The notes: generated by a model not told the origin, from the letters alone. A stretch of 61,684 bases of DNA from Methanobacteriota archaeon (GCA_002717835.1 PBBV01000024.1:1-61684); one strand, 5' to 3'; shown: positions 19,328 through 28,165, counted from the stretch's first letter. Numbers and translations are program-made.

Positions 19328-20123
19328 GTGTCAGAGCGTTATCAAGGACGGTCTCCCAACTCTCTGCATATTCCAGAGGGTCTCTCACACCTATCGCGTG
19401 AAAGGCGAGGATGCGTTCTATATCCGCCCCGCTACGACCAGAAGATCTACCCATGCTATCCGGATTGTAGGATGTAATCGTGTTTTTGAAAATAGTAGAG
19501 AAATCAAGACCCAATAAATTCAATGAAATCTTAGCATCCCTGAGTATAGACTCCTTGTCACCCTCTATGTAGGGAAGGTGGAACGAAACACGATGACTTT
19601 CCCAATTGCCTATTCTGAAAGCCTTTCCGAGCGCCTCGTAGAACTGCGGTCGGCAATCTGGATATATCTCATGATCACCGCTATGGACTCCTAGAGCTAT
19701 GATGACATCAGTATCCTCTTTCATAGAAATTGAAAGAGCATACCCATACAGTATTGATGCGAAAATAGCATTTCGATTCGGAACTACGGTCTGTTTCATT
19801 TGTTCTTCCTCATAATGTCCCTCTGGCACCTCATAACCTTCCGTTGTCAAAGCGGAGTGAAAAAGGCCTATTGTCGAGGTTAGATCCGTAATTTCATGCT
19901 CTACATGATATCCTTGGGATTTCAGATAGGCGATGTTTTGACGTGCTCTTTCCAATTCTATCACGTGCTTCTGACCGTAATTGTAGGATATACAGTTCAC
20001 CTGATAACCCTCTGCCAAAAGGTGTATCAGGAGAGCTGTACTATCCATACCACCCGAGAAAGCCATCACTGCTCTGATTACAGCACCCCCATCCATTTGT
20101 GTGTTTGAAGACTGAGTCTCCAT
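19296..20123 (-). CDS. queC: 7-cyano-7-deazaguanine synthase-like protein (QueC family), lacking the zinc-binding cysteines
   Basis: PP-loop AFSGGMDST, NRNAIF and YPDCRPQFYEAL. The C-terminal segment TITSYNPDSMGRSSGRSGADIER replaces the canonical C...CxxCxxC. The start may be the Met at 20096. Confidence 0.78.
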   Translation of the reverse strand: METQSSNTQMDGGAVIRAVMAFSGGMDSTALLIHLLAEGYQVNCISYNYGQKHVIELERARQNIAYLKSQGYHVEHEITDLTSTIGLFHSALTTEGYEVPEGHYEEEQMKQTVVPNRNAIFASILYGYALSISMKEDTDVIIALGVHSGDHEIYPDCRPQFYEALGKAFRIGNWESHRVSFHLPYIEGDKESILRDAKISLNLLGLDFSTIFKNTITSYNPDSMGRSSGRSGADIERILAFHAIGVRDPLEYAESWETVLDNALTLDNERGVADE

Positions 20124-20677
20124 CCTTCAGATTCTTTGACAATCCTCTCAACTGTTTGGAACGACTTACCATTCTCTTCGACTGAGGCATTGTCTAGATA
20201 GCACGGTTGAATGAAGTTGTGTTCGAATCCTATTCTCAAATCATCATACATCGCCAAATCCTGGCCGCAATATACAATTTTCAATTCATTACCATGCCTC
20301 TGTTTTATTTTTGCATTTGGATATAACTGATCCTTAGGGGATACACAAATCCAGTCTATAATCGGATCGACTTCTATTGTACCATTTGTTTCTATAGACA
20401 AATTATATCCTTCATTCTTCAGTGTTGTACCGATGGTGTAGAGATCTTGGAGAGCAGGCTCCCCGCCCGTAAAGATGACACGTTTACAATCATAAGATAG
20501 AACTTCATGAATTATCGATTCTAGATTCCTTTCTTCATATTTCAGGAAATCAGTATCGCACCATTCACACCTTAAGTTACAATTTCCAAACCTAACGAAT
20601 ACATGCGGTATGCCCGAATGATATCCTTCGCCCTGGACAGAATGAAAAATCTCGACTATCGGATATGTAACGGACAA
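20078..20677 (-). CDS. queE: 7-carboxy-7-deazaguanine synthase (radical SAM)
   Basis: EIFHSVQGEGYHSGIPHVFVRFGNCNLRCEWCDT. Confidence 0.9.
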   Translation of the reverse strand: MSVTYPIVEIFHSVQGEGYHSGIPHVFVRFGNCNLRCEWCDTDFLKYEERNLESIIHEVLSYDCKRVIFTGGEPALQDLYTIGTTLKNEGYNLSIETNGTIEVDPIIDWICVSPKDQLYPNAKIKQRHGNELKIVYCGQDLAMYDDLRIGFEHNFIQPCYLDNASVEENGKSFQTVERIVKESEGWRLSLQTHKWMGVL

Positions 20678-20686
20678 AAAACCAAC

Positions 20687-21247
20687 TCAATCTTTGATTA
20701 GACGCATCAATTCAGAACGTGCTTCTGATTTATCGAAAAACACCCCTCGCATGGAGGATGTAGTCATTGTTGCATTTTGCTTCTTTACGCCACGACACTG
20801 CATACAGCCGTGTGAGGCTTCAATTATCACAGCACAACCAAGCGGAGAAAGATGCTTTTCCAAATCATCTGCAACATTTTTGGTGATTCGTTCTTGATTC
20901 TGCAATCTTCGCGCGTGGAGATCCACGATCCTAGCGAGTTTGCTGATTCCAACAATACGGTCCGTGGGGATGTACGCGACATGAGCACACCCGTTAAATG
21001 GCTGGAGATGATGCTCACATGTGCTGTGGAATTCGATGTCTTTTAGCAGAACTATTCCATCAAAACCCTCTCCATTAAATGTCGAGCTAAGTACATGTTC
21101 TGGGGATTCATTGTAACCAGAAAATATCTCATCCCATGAGTTGATTACGCGGGAAGGCGTATCTTCAAGTCCCTCCCTAGACGGATCATCCTCGATGTAT
21201 CCTAACAGTGTCTTTATTGCTTCCTCAGCCTCTTCTTTCGTAGTCAT
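20687..21247 (-). CDS. folE: GTP cyclohydrolase I
   Basis: FHSTCEHHLQPF, GISKLARIVD, RLQNQERIT and HGCMQCRGV. Confidence 0.9.
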   Translation of the reverse strand: MTTKEEAEEAIKTLLGYIEDDPSREGLEDTPSRVINSWDEIFSGYNESPEHVLSSTFNGEGFDGIVLLKDIEFHSTCEHHLQPFNGCAHVAYIPTDRIVGISKLARIVDLHARRLQNQERITKNVADDLEKHLSPLGCAVIIEASHGCMQCRGVKKQNATMTTSSMRGVFFDKSEARSELMRLIKD

Positions 21248-21421
21248 TCAATCACCTCCAAAGCGACCGTGTCGTTCGTCGATAACGTCTAACTGGTCTA
21301 ACAATTTCCTACAGGCGGTCCTGACTGCGTCAGCTACACTGACAAACTTCCCTTGATCGCCAACGTGCTTTTTGATATCATCCAGTAAGTGGGCTGGAAT
21401 GTCCAAACTTATCTTGGGCAT
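21248..21421 (-). CDS. Small ribbon-helix-helix (CopG/Arc-like) protein; 57 aa, not in the ORF track
   Basis: My translation is MPKISLDIPAHLLDDIKKHVGDQGKFVSVADAVRTACRKLLDQLDVIDERHGRFGGD. This fits a beta-strand, helix, helix pattern. Its TGA stop directly abuts the folE ATG. Confidence 0.6.
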   Translation of the reverse strand: MPKISLDIPAHLLDDIKKHVGDQGKFVSVADAVRTACRKLLDQLDVIDERHGRFGGD

Positions 21422-21475
21422 AAATAGCCCAGGTAGATATTCTTCAAGTATGTTTCTAGTATTATTATATGAATA

Positions 21476-21736
21476 TTAATTGGAAATAGCTCTGATTCTT
21501 TCTACTATGGATTCAGCGTGAATACGGATTTCATGTATAGGAGCTTGGTTTTCAAGCATTGCAATGATCACGTCCATACCCCCCTCTATTTTCCCTGCAG
21601 AAAGGAATTCATCATTGGTGATATCACCGGAATCTCTAGCACTCACCAGACGGTCAGATATCGAATTTCTAAGAGATCTGACCTCGTCAATGTCCATAGA
21701 TTCTTTGACAATCGCGTCGATTACGTCTGTTAGCAT
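21476..21736 (-). CDS. Hypothetical small protein
   Basis: ORF in the same direction as the upstream epimerase. The start is taken at internal Met 43, because the full ORF (to 21862) overlaps the epimerase by 101 nt. No family recognised. Confidence 0.35.
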   Translation of the reverse strand: MLTDVIDAIVKESMDIDEVRSLRNSISDRLVSARDSGDITNDEFLSAGKIEGGMDVIIAMLENQAPIHEIRIHAESIVERIRAISN

Positions 21737-21761
21737 GAACGAGGCCTTACGATATCCCTTT

Positions 21762-22175
21762 TCATGGTTCCTTCTGAACCAGTTCAACGAGTACTCCGCC
21801 AGTGCTGGAAGGATGTATGAAACAGATTTGCGAACCTCCCGCTCCCAACATGGGTTCTTCATTTACTAGTCTGATATTGTTGGATTTCAATATGTCCAGG
21901 AGACGAGGGAGGTCATCTGTTCCGAGAGCCACCTGCTGTACGCCTGGCCCCCTATTGGCGATGAATCGGCCTACGGGGGTATTATGGGAAATAGGCTCTA
22001 AAAGCTCTAGACTAGGTTGGGGAGCTTCATCCCCTTTCATGAATCGGATCCTCACACCCTGCTTGGCGTTCTCTTCACTTCCAGTCGTCTTGAAACCCAT
22101 GAGACTCCAGAATTTCTCAGACTCATCGTTCGATTCGCAGGCTATTCCGATGTGATCAAACCAAATCATCGGCAC
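21762..22175 (-). CDS. mce: Methylmalonyl-CoA epimerase (VOC/glyoxalase fold)
   Basis: FDHIGIA, GPGVQQVALGTDDL and FIHPSSTGGVLVELVQ. Lies immediately downstream of the mutase gene. Confidence 0.8.
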   Translation of the reverse strand: MPMIWFDHIGIACESNDESEKFWSLMGFKTTGSEENAKQGVRIRFMKGDEAPQPSLELLEPISHNTPVGRFIANRGPGVQQVALGTDDLPRLLDILKSNNIRLVNEEPMLGAGGSQICFIHPSSTGGVLVELVQKEP

Positions 22176-23681
22176 CTAAATCCCCCCCGGGGCAGTCCAT
22201 GTTCCGAATTTTTCTCGAAGAATGTCACATATCTCACCTAATGTGGCACCCGACCTACAAGCAACTCTTATTGGTTCTATGAGGTTCACATCCTCTTCCA
22301 CTGCTGCAACGAGACCAGTTAGGGCCTCCTCAACCATACCATGGTCTCTAGTATTCCTATGGTTGGAAAGTTTGGAAATCTGCCGTTCTATAGCACCACT
22401 ATCAATAACCTGTCCCCCGGGAAACTTACCTTCTTCTTCTACCTGTAAATTCACTCCGACAACTCTCTGTAGGTTACCCTCCAACTCGTTTTGTTGTTTC
22501 CAAGCACTCTCATGTATCATTTTGGATTGTAACCCAGCCTTAACAGCTTGAACCGCACCGCCGTGTTTATCGATCAAATCGACCACATTTCTTGCCTCAG
22601 AGATAATATCAGACGTCATTTTTTCAATCAGGGGTGCCCCACCGAGAGGATCTACGTGTTCTACAACACCTATTTCATGAGCTATGATTTGCTGGGTTCT
22701 CAATGCCACTTTGGCAGACTCTTCTGTGGGTAGACCCAGGGCCTCGTCATATCCATTTGTATGGAGGGATTGTGTACCGCCTAGAACAGAAGCAAGGGCT
22801 TGGTATGCCACTCTCACTATATTATTCGTGGATTGTTGAGCTGTAAGGGTAACACCGGCAGTCTGCGTATGGAATCGCATTCTCCCGCATCTGAAATCAT
22901 TGAATTCATACCTCTCATTGATAATCTGATACCATAATGTACGGGCAGCACGAAATTTGCATATTTCTTCTAGAAAATCACGGTGACACCCGAAAAAGAA
23001 AGAGATTCTGGGAGCAAATGTATCCAGGGAAAGTCCCCGTTCCTTGGAAGCCTCAATGTATGCAAGTGCATTAGATATTGTCAAACCTACTTCCTGCGCT
23101 GCTGTGGATCCGGCTTCTCGAATGTGGTAACCACTAACTGATATCGGATTCCATTTAGGGGCATTATGTGAACACCACTCAATAATATCAACCGCTAACC
23201 TCATGGAATCTTCAGGCGGGTGTATATGTAGCCCCCTAGCCATATATTCCTTGAGAACATCATTTTGCACAGTACCAGCTATCTGAGAAAGCTCTACGCC
23301 TTGCTCCTCTGCTACTACTGAGTACATGGCAAGTAAGACCGCAGCAGGGGCGTTAATTGTCATGGAGGTGCTAATATCCGATAAGTCGATGCCTTCGAAT
23401 AGAGTTCTCATATCCGTGATTGAATCTATTGGAACGCCAACTCTACCAACTTCTCCAATGGAGAGGTTATCATCTGAATCTAAGCCGAGTTGCGTAGGTA
23501 AATCAAACGCTACAGATAACCCGGACTGCCCAGATTTTAGTAAGGCCTTGAACCGTGTATTAGTTGATTCAGGATCAGAGAACCCTGCATATTGTCTCAT
23601 TGTCCATAATCTATCTTTGTACATTCCTTCGTGTATCCCTCGTGTGAAGGGGGGTTTGCCGGCTGCCGGTGGGGTATCCAC
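22176..23681 (-). CDS. Methylmalonyl-CoA mutase, catalytic (large) subunit
   Basis: PPFTRGIHEGMYKDRLWTMRQYAGF, GLSVAFDLPTQLG and TQTAGVTLTAQQ. No B12-binding domain is encoded in this ORF. Confidence 0.9.
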   Translation of the reverse strand: MDTPPAAGKPPFTRGIHEGMYKDRLWTMRQYAGFSDPESTNTRFKALLKSGQSGLSVAFDLPTQLGLDSDDNLSIGEVGRVGVPIDSITDMRTLFEGIDLSDISTSMTINAPAAVLLAMYSVVAEEQGVELSQIAGTVQNDVLKEYMARGLHIHPPEDSMRLAVDIIEWCSHNAPKWNPISVSGYHIREAGSTAAQEVGLTISNALAYIEASKERGLSLDTFAPRISFFFGCHRDFLEEICKFRAARTLWYQIINERYEFNDFRCGRMRFHTQTAGVTLTAQQSTNNIVRVAYQALASVLGGTQSLHTNGYDEALGLPTEESAKVALRTQQIIAHEIGVVEHVDPLGGAPLIEKMTSDIISEARNVVDLIDKHGGAVQAVKAGLQSKMIHESAWKQQNELEGNLQRVVGVNLQVEEEGKFPGGQVIDSGAIERQISKLSNHRNTRDHGMVEEALTGLVAAVEEDVNLIEPIRVACRSGATLGEICDILREKFGTWTAPGGI

Positions 23682-23715
23682 GTCTGTCTGAAAACAGTTC
23701 AGTGTTTCAAGTCGT

Positions 23716-24447
23716 TCATCTTCGGACAGTATAGTTGTCGATAAGTCCTATCAAACGAGCAGCTTGATCATCATCAATCGCCCCTTCTTTAACTTTTGAT
23801 TCAACAAAGGTCTTTGCCTCTTCTGCTGTTTGACGCTCACCCTTGGCCCAAACAGATCCGATTATCGAAGATCGATGCTCTTCAGCAACAGATAATTCTT
23901 GAAGTAGACCCTTCATTTCATATTTGTATTCCATATGTCTAGCCCTATCGAGCCTTTTTTCTCTTGCGGCGGGCTGATATGTCTTATTTCTACCACGACC
24001 CGTCTTCTTTCTCTTGGGCTTAGTCGAGGGTAACGGGGCGGGTGCTCTTTTTGGAGGGATTTTAGCAGCCTCAGAACGTTCTTTGGCTCTTGCAAGAGCC
24101 TCTTGTACCTCTATGTCGATTGCAGTTTCATCTGCTGTTTTCTCCTCTTCATCGGATTCCAGAGAGGAATCTTCAACCTTCAATCCACTAGATTTTCTTC
24201 TTGGTACTCCTAGTATCTGAGATTCTACAACTTCTATCTTTTCAGTCTCAATAGAAGCATCATCTTCTTTGTTTTCAGAGATGGTTTTGGGGGTCCCTAC
24301 GCGAACAGGCGGTGTTGCCTTGGAGGTGGGGATTTGACGTTGTTTAACGGGTACGGGCGCTTGAGTAGGCTTTTTCGTTTTCTTCGGTTTCTGACCCCCG
24401 GAGAACACGTTTGCGGGGGCCGCTTTCGGCTTCCTTCTCCTCTGCAC
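23716..24447 (-). CDS. Hypothetical protein with a Lys/Pro/Glu-rich low-complexity N-terminal half
   Basis: 243-aa ORF. The N-terminal ~150 aa are basic and proline-rich, then acidic. The C-terminal ~90 aa look helical. No family recognised. Confidence 0.45.
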   Translation of the reverse strand: MQRRRKPKAAPANVFSGGQKPKKTKKPTQAPVPVKQRQIPTSKATPPVRVGTPKTISENKEDDASIETEKIEVVESQILGVPRRKSSGLKVEDSSLESDEEEKTADETAIDIEVQEALARAKERSEAAKIPPKRAPAPLPSTKPKRKKTGRGRNKTYQPAAREKRLDRARHMEYKYEMKGLLQELSVAEEHRSSIIGSVWAKGERQTAEEAKTFVESKVKEGAIDDDQAARLIGLIDNYTVRR

Positions 24448-24501
24448 TTCCTAATCGACCAGCCCTTGGGCCCAGAGGTGTCCGAATAAGTATATGGTTT
24501 G

Positions 24502-25512
24502 CTAAGACCATACCACGGGGGTCATATCGGTCCTAAGGGAGGGGTCGATTGCACTATTTTCCATCTTAGTCTGTATACCTGAATCGAGCATTCTTCTCCC
24601 GAGTTCTGCTATCATAGTACCATTATCTACGCACAACGATCTTTCCGGCCAATAAGCCTCACCACCACGTTCCCGCGCCATGATTGATGTCATATTCCGT
24701 ATTCTTTGATTGCATGCCACGCCTCCACCAAGTAGGATTTCTGTTTTCCCTGTAAGGGCCATTGCCCTTTCACCCACTTCTACACAACTGGCGAAAGCTA
24801 CTTCTTGCAACGAGTGGCAAACGAATCCTGGCTCCTCTCCCCGTTCTGCATGGGCTATTGCCGCTCCAAGTATCCCGCTGAAAGCCATATCAGTTCCATG
24901 CACAGCGTATGGCATATCCAGAAGATGTTCGAATCCATTTTCCTGAATGAACTTGGTAGCCTTTCTTTCTATCTCAGGCCCGCCGGGGAAAGGGATTCCT
25001 ATAGATCTTCCAAACTTATCCAGCATGTTTCCTATCCCAATATCCAAGGTTTCGCCGAGTACCCTGTACCGACCGGATGCACGGGCTATGACTTGGGTAT
25101 TACCTCCGCTTACGTAGAGCAAAATTGGATCTACGCATCCAGTCATCCTACGACCGATCTCGATATGGGCTACACAGTGATTCACTCCTATGAGTGGAAC
25201 GCCAAGCGCCATCGACATAGATCTAGCAACGGAACCTCCTACTCTCAGACACGGTCCTAGGCCGGGACCCTGACTAAATGCTACTGCCTCAATATCTTCC
25301 TTAGTCGCTCCCCAATTGGTCAACGCAGTTTTGAGGAGTTTCCCCGCATTCTGTACATGATGGTCTGCAGCCTCTCTTGGGTGGATTCCTCCCTCCTCGG
25401 GCCTATAAAGCGATGAAGCTGAAGTAAGTACTTCCGTGCCGTCAGAAGACACAGCACCGAAAGAAAAAGTATGGGCAGTACTTTCGATGCCTATTATGAG
25501 TCCCACACCCAC
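24502..25512 (-). CDS. kae1: tRNA N6-adenosine threonylcarbamoyltransferase Kae1 (not fused to Bud32)
   Basis: GIESTAHTFSFG, NHCVAHIE, YVSGGNTQV and GGGVACN. Confidence 0.9.
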   Translation of the reverse strand: MGVGLIIGIESTAHTFSFGAVSSDGTEVLTSASSLYRPEEGGIHPREAADHHVQNAGKLLKTALTNWGATKEDIEAVAFSQGPGLGPCLRVGGSVARSMSMALGVPLIGVNHCVAHIEIGRRMTGCVDPILLYVSGGNTQVIARASGRYRVLGETLDIGIGNMLDKFGRSIGIPFPGGPEIERKATKFIQENGFEHLLDMPYAVHGTDMAFSGILGAAIAHAERGEEPGFVCHSLQEVAFASCVEVGERAMALTGKTEILLGGGVACNQRIRNMTSIMARERGGEAYWPERSLCVDNGTMIAELGRRMLDSGIQTKMENSAIDPSLRTDMTPVVWS

Positions 25513-25553
25513 CGGGAGGGGATAGTAGATTCAAAATTACGGGTCAGAACGAT

Positions 25554-26825
25554 ATGCGCTGGCCCTTACCGATGAGTATGACTCGCACCGTCTTGATTCA
25601 TGGTTCCGGTTCTGTGGTGACGCTAGATTCTGGTAATCTCTCAGAACCTCTGAGGGGTCATGAAATGTCGGATAGGGAGGCATTAATCAGAGAAAGTGGG
25701 ACGGAAATACTGATCACAGACGGTGTAATATCAGATATCCAGACAGAAGGAAGCATAATCTCAGAGTGGGGTGATTCTAAAGACGTCAATATGATAAATG
25801 CTGATGGACGATGTATCATTCCTTCATTTGTGGATTCCCACACGCATCTTGCATGGTCTGGGGATAGAAGCCATGAGATCTCCATGCGGCAAAGGGGAAT
25901 GTCGTACTCAGATATCGCAGAGTCAGGCGGGGGGATACGAAGTACAGTATTATCAACCAGAAAATCAAGTGATGAGGAGCTACGTCATGCGATAAAATCC
26001 AGATTATATCAAGCAGTAGAGCATGGAACTGGGAGATTAGAGGCTAAATCCGGGTACGGTCTCAACTTAGAAACAGAAATACGTTTACTAAAAGAGATGA
26101 AATCGGTTGCGGAGGAGTCATCAATATCAATTGAAACTACTTGGCTAGGAGCACACGACTTCCCTGTAGAAAAGACCCGGACTGAATACATGACCGATCT
26201 TATCGAAACTCAACTCCCCAGAGTTATTGAGGAAAACCTGGCCTCTTATGCGGATGTTTTCTGTGAACCCGGTTGGTTTTCTCTCGAGGAAACTGAACAA
26301 ATCTGTAATGAAGCAAAAGTTGGAGGCTTGGGTATCAGATTGCACGTCGATGAATTTGTGGATGGGGGTGGTTTGGATTTGGCGACAGAGCTAGGGGCTG
26401 TTAGCGCTGATCATGTAGCCAAATCCAACTTTGAATCTCGCCGAGCTGCAGATGAAGCTGGAGTAATGCAGACTTTTCTGCCTGGTACTCCTTACGCTCT
26501 GGGAAAAAATTTGGATTTACCGTTGAAGGATTGTTATGACTCCGGTTTTGCTTTTTCGATGGCCACGGACTTCAACCCCAATTGTCCAACCCTTTCCCTC
26601 CCATTTGTGGGAAGTTTGGCTGTGCACCGTATGGGATTAGATCCATTGGCTGCTTTGGTGGCTGTTACTAGAAATCCGGCTAGTACAATGTCTCAGGGTG
26701 GAAAAGAGCATCGTGGGACAATAGAGGTAGGGAAGCAAAGTTCAATGGTAATATTGAATTCAAAAAATATAGAGGCATGGATTTCCTCTTTCGGTTCTAC
26801 AAATCAATTTAAAATGATAAATTAA
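25554..26825 (+). CDS. hutI: Imidazolonepropionase
   Basis: FVDSHTHLAWSGDR, LEAKSGYGL, HVDEF and TDFNP. The true start may be the Met at 25572 or 25578. Confidence 0.85.
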   Translation: MRWPLPMSMTRTVLIHGSGSVVTLDSGNLSEPLRGHEMSDREALIRESGTEILITDGVISDIQTEGSIISEWGDSKDVNMINADGRCIIPSFVDSHTHLAWSGDRSHEISMRQRGMSYSDIAESGGGIRSTVLSTRKSSDEELRHAIKSRLYQAVEHGTGRLEAKSGYGLNLETEIRLLKEMKSVAEESSISIETTWLGAHDFPVEKTRTEYMTDLIETQLPRVIEENLASYADVFCEPGWFSLEETEQICNEAKVGGLGIRLHVDEFVDGGGLDLATELGAVSADHVAKSNFESRRAADEAGVMQTFLPGTPYALGKNLDLPLKDCYDSGFAFSMATDFNPNCPTLSLPFVGSLAVHRMGLDPLAALVAVTRNPASTMSQGGKEHRGTIEVGKQSSMVILNSKNIEAWISSFGSTNQFKMIN

Positions 26826-26826
26826 A

Positions 26827-26900
26827 AAACATTGTATAGAAACTATATTTAATTAAACATTGTATTTTGAATATATATTTTATTAAATCATATTTTATTT
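26827..26900. repeat. Degenerate ~28-30-nt tandem repeat inside an extremely AT-rich island
   Basis: AAACATTGTAT occurs at 26827-26837 and again at 26855-26865, each followed by an ATATTT(T)A(T)TTA block. By my count 26821-26930 has about 10 G/C in 110 nt. Confidence 0.5.
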
Positions 26901-26928
26901 TTTTGAAAAATTATAATTTAAAATTACA

Positions 26929-27114
26929 ATGGATTGTTTACCGTATGGAATCTTAGCGATTATTGGGCCGATAATGCACATTATCAGAACAAAATTAATC
27001 TCAAAACGAAGGTATATGGCTGCAGTACAGCGTTTTAACATAGGATTCCTAAAATGGCCCAAATTACCCCTTATTGTACGTGAAAATGAAATAATTCATG
27101 CGTTACGAAAATAA
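26929..27114 (+). CDS. Hypothetical small protein (61 aa), low GC
   Basis: ORF only; no recognisable family. Lies in the AT-rich gap between hutI and tRNA-Val. Confidence 0.25.
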   Translation: MDCLPYGILAIIGPIMHIIRTKLISKRRYMAAVQRFNIGFLKWPKLPLIVRENEIIHALRK

Positions 27115-27115
27115 C

Positions 27116-27265
27116 ATGTCAGAACGAGCCTTCTGTATGAGATGCAAACAAAGTGTAGTTGTCTCTATGGGAAAGATCGTAATCATGGATAATGGTAGGA
27201 AGAGACTTTCTGGTAAATGCGGAATTAAGGGCTGTGATGCCAAACTCTCGAAAATTATAGCTTGA
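27116..27265 (+). CDS. Small zinc-ribbon protein (49 aa, DUF5679-like); not in the ORF track
   Basis: My translation is MSERAFCMRCKQSVVVSMGKIVIMDNGRKRLSGKCGIKGCDAKLSKIIA. The CxxC ... beta-hairpin ... GxCxxxxC layout resembles the small DUF5679 zinc ribbons as I recall them. Confidence 0.45.
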   Translation: MSERAFCMRCKQSVVVSMGKIVIMDNGRKRLSGKCGIKGCDAKLSKIIA

Positions 27266-27324
27266 TGGTATTATCAAGTTCTTCAGAATCCTTCATCAGT
27301 GAGTGATGAGTGGCTCGGAAGGTA

Positions 27325-27400
27325 GGGCTCGTGGTCTAGGGGTTATGACGTCGCCTTGACATGGCGAAGATCGCAGGTTCAATTCCTGCCGAGCCCACCA
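27325..27400 (+). tRNA. tRNA-Val (anticodon GAC), CCA encoded
   Basis: The cloverleaf folds by hand. Acceptor GGGCTCG pairs with CGAGCCC. Anticodon stem TCGCC pairs with GGCGA, with loop TTGACAT. T arm GCAGG-TTCAATT-CCTGC. Discriminator A followed by CCA. Confidence 0.9.
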
Positions 27401-27421
27401 ATAGAATTTTATCTATATGTT

Positions 27422-28165
27422 TCAATTAATCATTGATCCTATTTCGAAGTAAATCCTGAAGGTTCCTTTCCCTTTATTCTGAACCCTTCCTATCGAAATG
27501 TTTCCTACTGGTGATGTAGAGGAGAGGTGTGTACCAGCACAAGGACACAAATCAATACCTTCTATCTCAACCATTCTCAAAATTGGATTACTTCCGCCTA
27601 TCCTATCTATTATTTTTTCAACGAATCTTCGATTTCTGACTCGGTCATCTGTCATGATCTGTTCGCGCCCCCACTGATGTACTAAAATTTCAGAATCCTT
27701 CTTGACCCAATGATTCGAGTCCTTTTCTAGAACATTAGAATCAAAATCATCTCTATTTTCAAATTTGAGATCCATTCTACTTTCGGTTATGCCAAGCTGA
27801 TTCCCCACTGTTATTGCGCCCCATCTTTCATTAGCTGCAGCTGAAACTATGTGTGCGGCGCTGTGCATCGAAGACAAGATGTTTCTGCGGTTCGAGTCAA
27901 TCACGCATTCCACCTCTTGCCCGGCCTGAAGATTATCGCCTGATACAGGATGGATAATGTTAGAATTAGCGTAAACCTCCTCGAAACGGTGCTCCTCGTC
28001 ACCTTGCCGAAAGACGCCTGTGTCTCCTGGCTGCCCTCCTCCTTTTGGGTAGCACCATGACTCGGAGAGGATTACACCAACGTCTGTAACTGATTCTACG
28101 ATAGCTTGGAATGGTTCTGGGTTTATTCCAGGGTGGTGTTCTAAATGCCTTCTTTTTTGAACCAT
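27422..28165 (-). CDS. alaX: Alanyl-tRNA editing protein AlaX (AlaX-M type)
   Basis: HSAAHIVS and CPCAGTHL, the editing-domain zinc motifs HxxxH / CxxxH. Its ATG overlaps the hutH stop (TAATG). Confidence 0.8.
   Translation of the reverse strand: MVQKRRHLEHHPGINPEPFQAIVESVTDVGVILSESWCYPKGGGQPGDTGVFRQGDEEHRFEEVYANSNIIHPVSGDNLQAGQEVECVIDSNRRNILSSMHSAAHIVSAAANERWGAITVGNQLGITESRMDLKFENRDDFDSNVLEKDSNHWVKKDSEILVHQWGREQIMTDDRVRNRRFVEKIIDRIGGSNPILRMVEIEGIDLCPCAGTHLSSTSPVGNISIGRVQNKGKGTFRIYFEIGSMIN

Noticed and set aside
27303-27309. GTGATGA (a perfect C-box consensus) within a small palindrome TCATCA-GTGAG-TGATGA just upstream of tRNA-Val. This could suggest a C/D box sRNA.
   Set aside because: No D box (CTGA) at an appropriate distance and no C'/D' pair. 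The downstream sequence is the tRNA itself.
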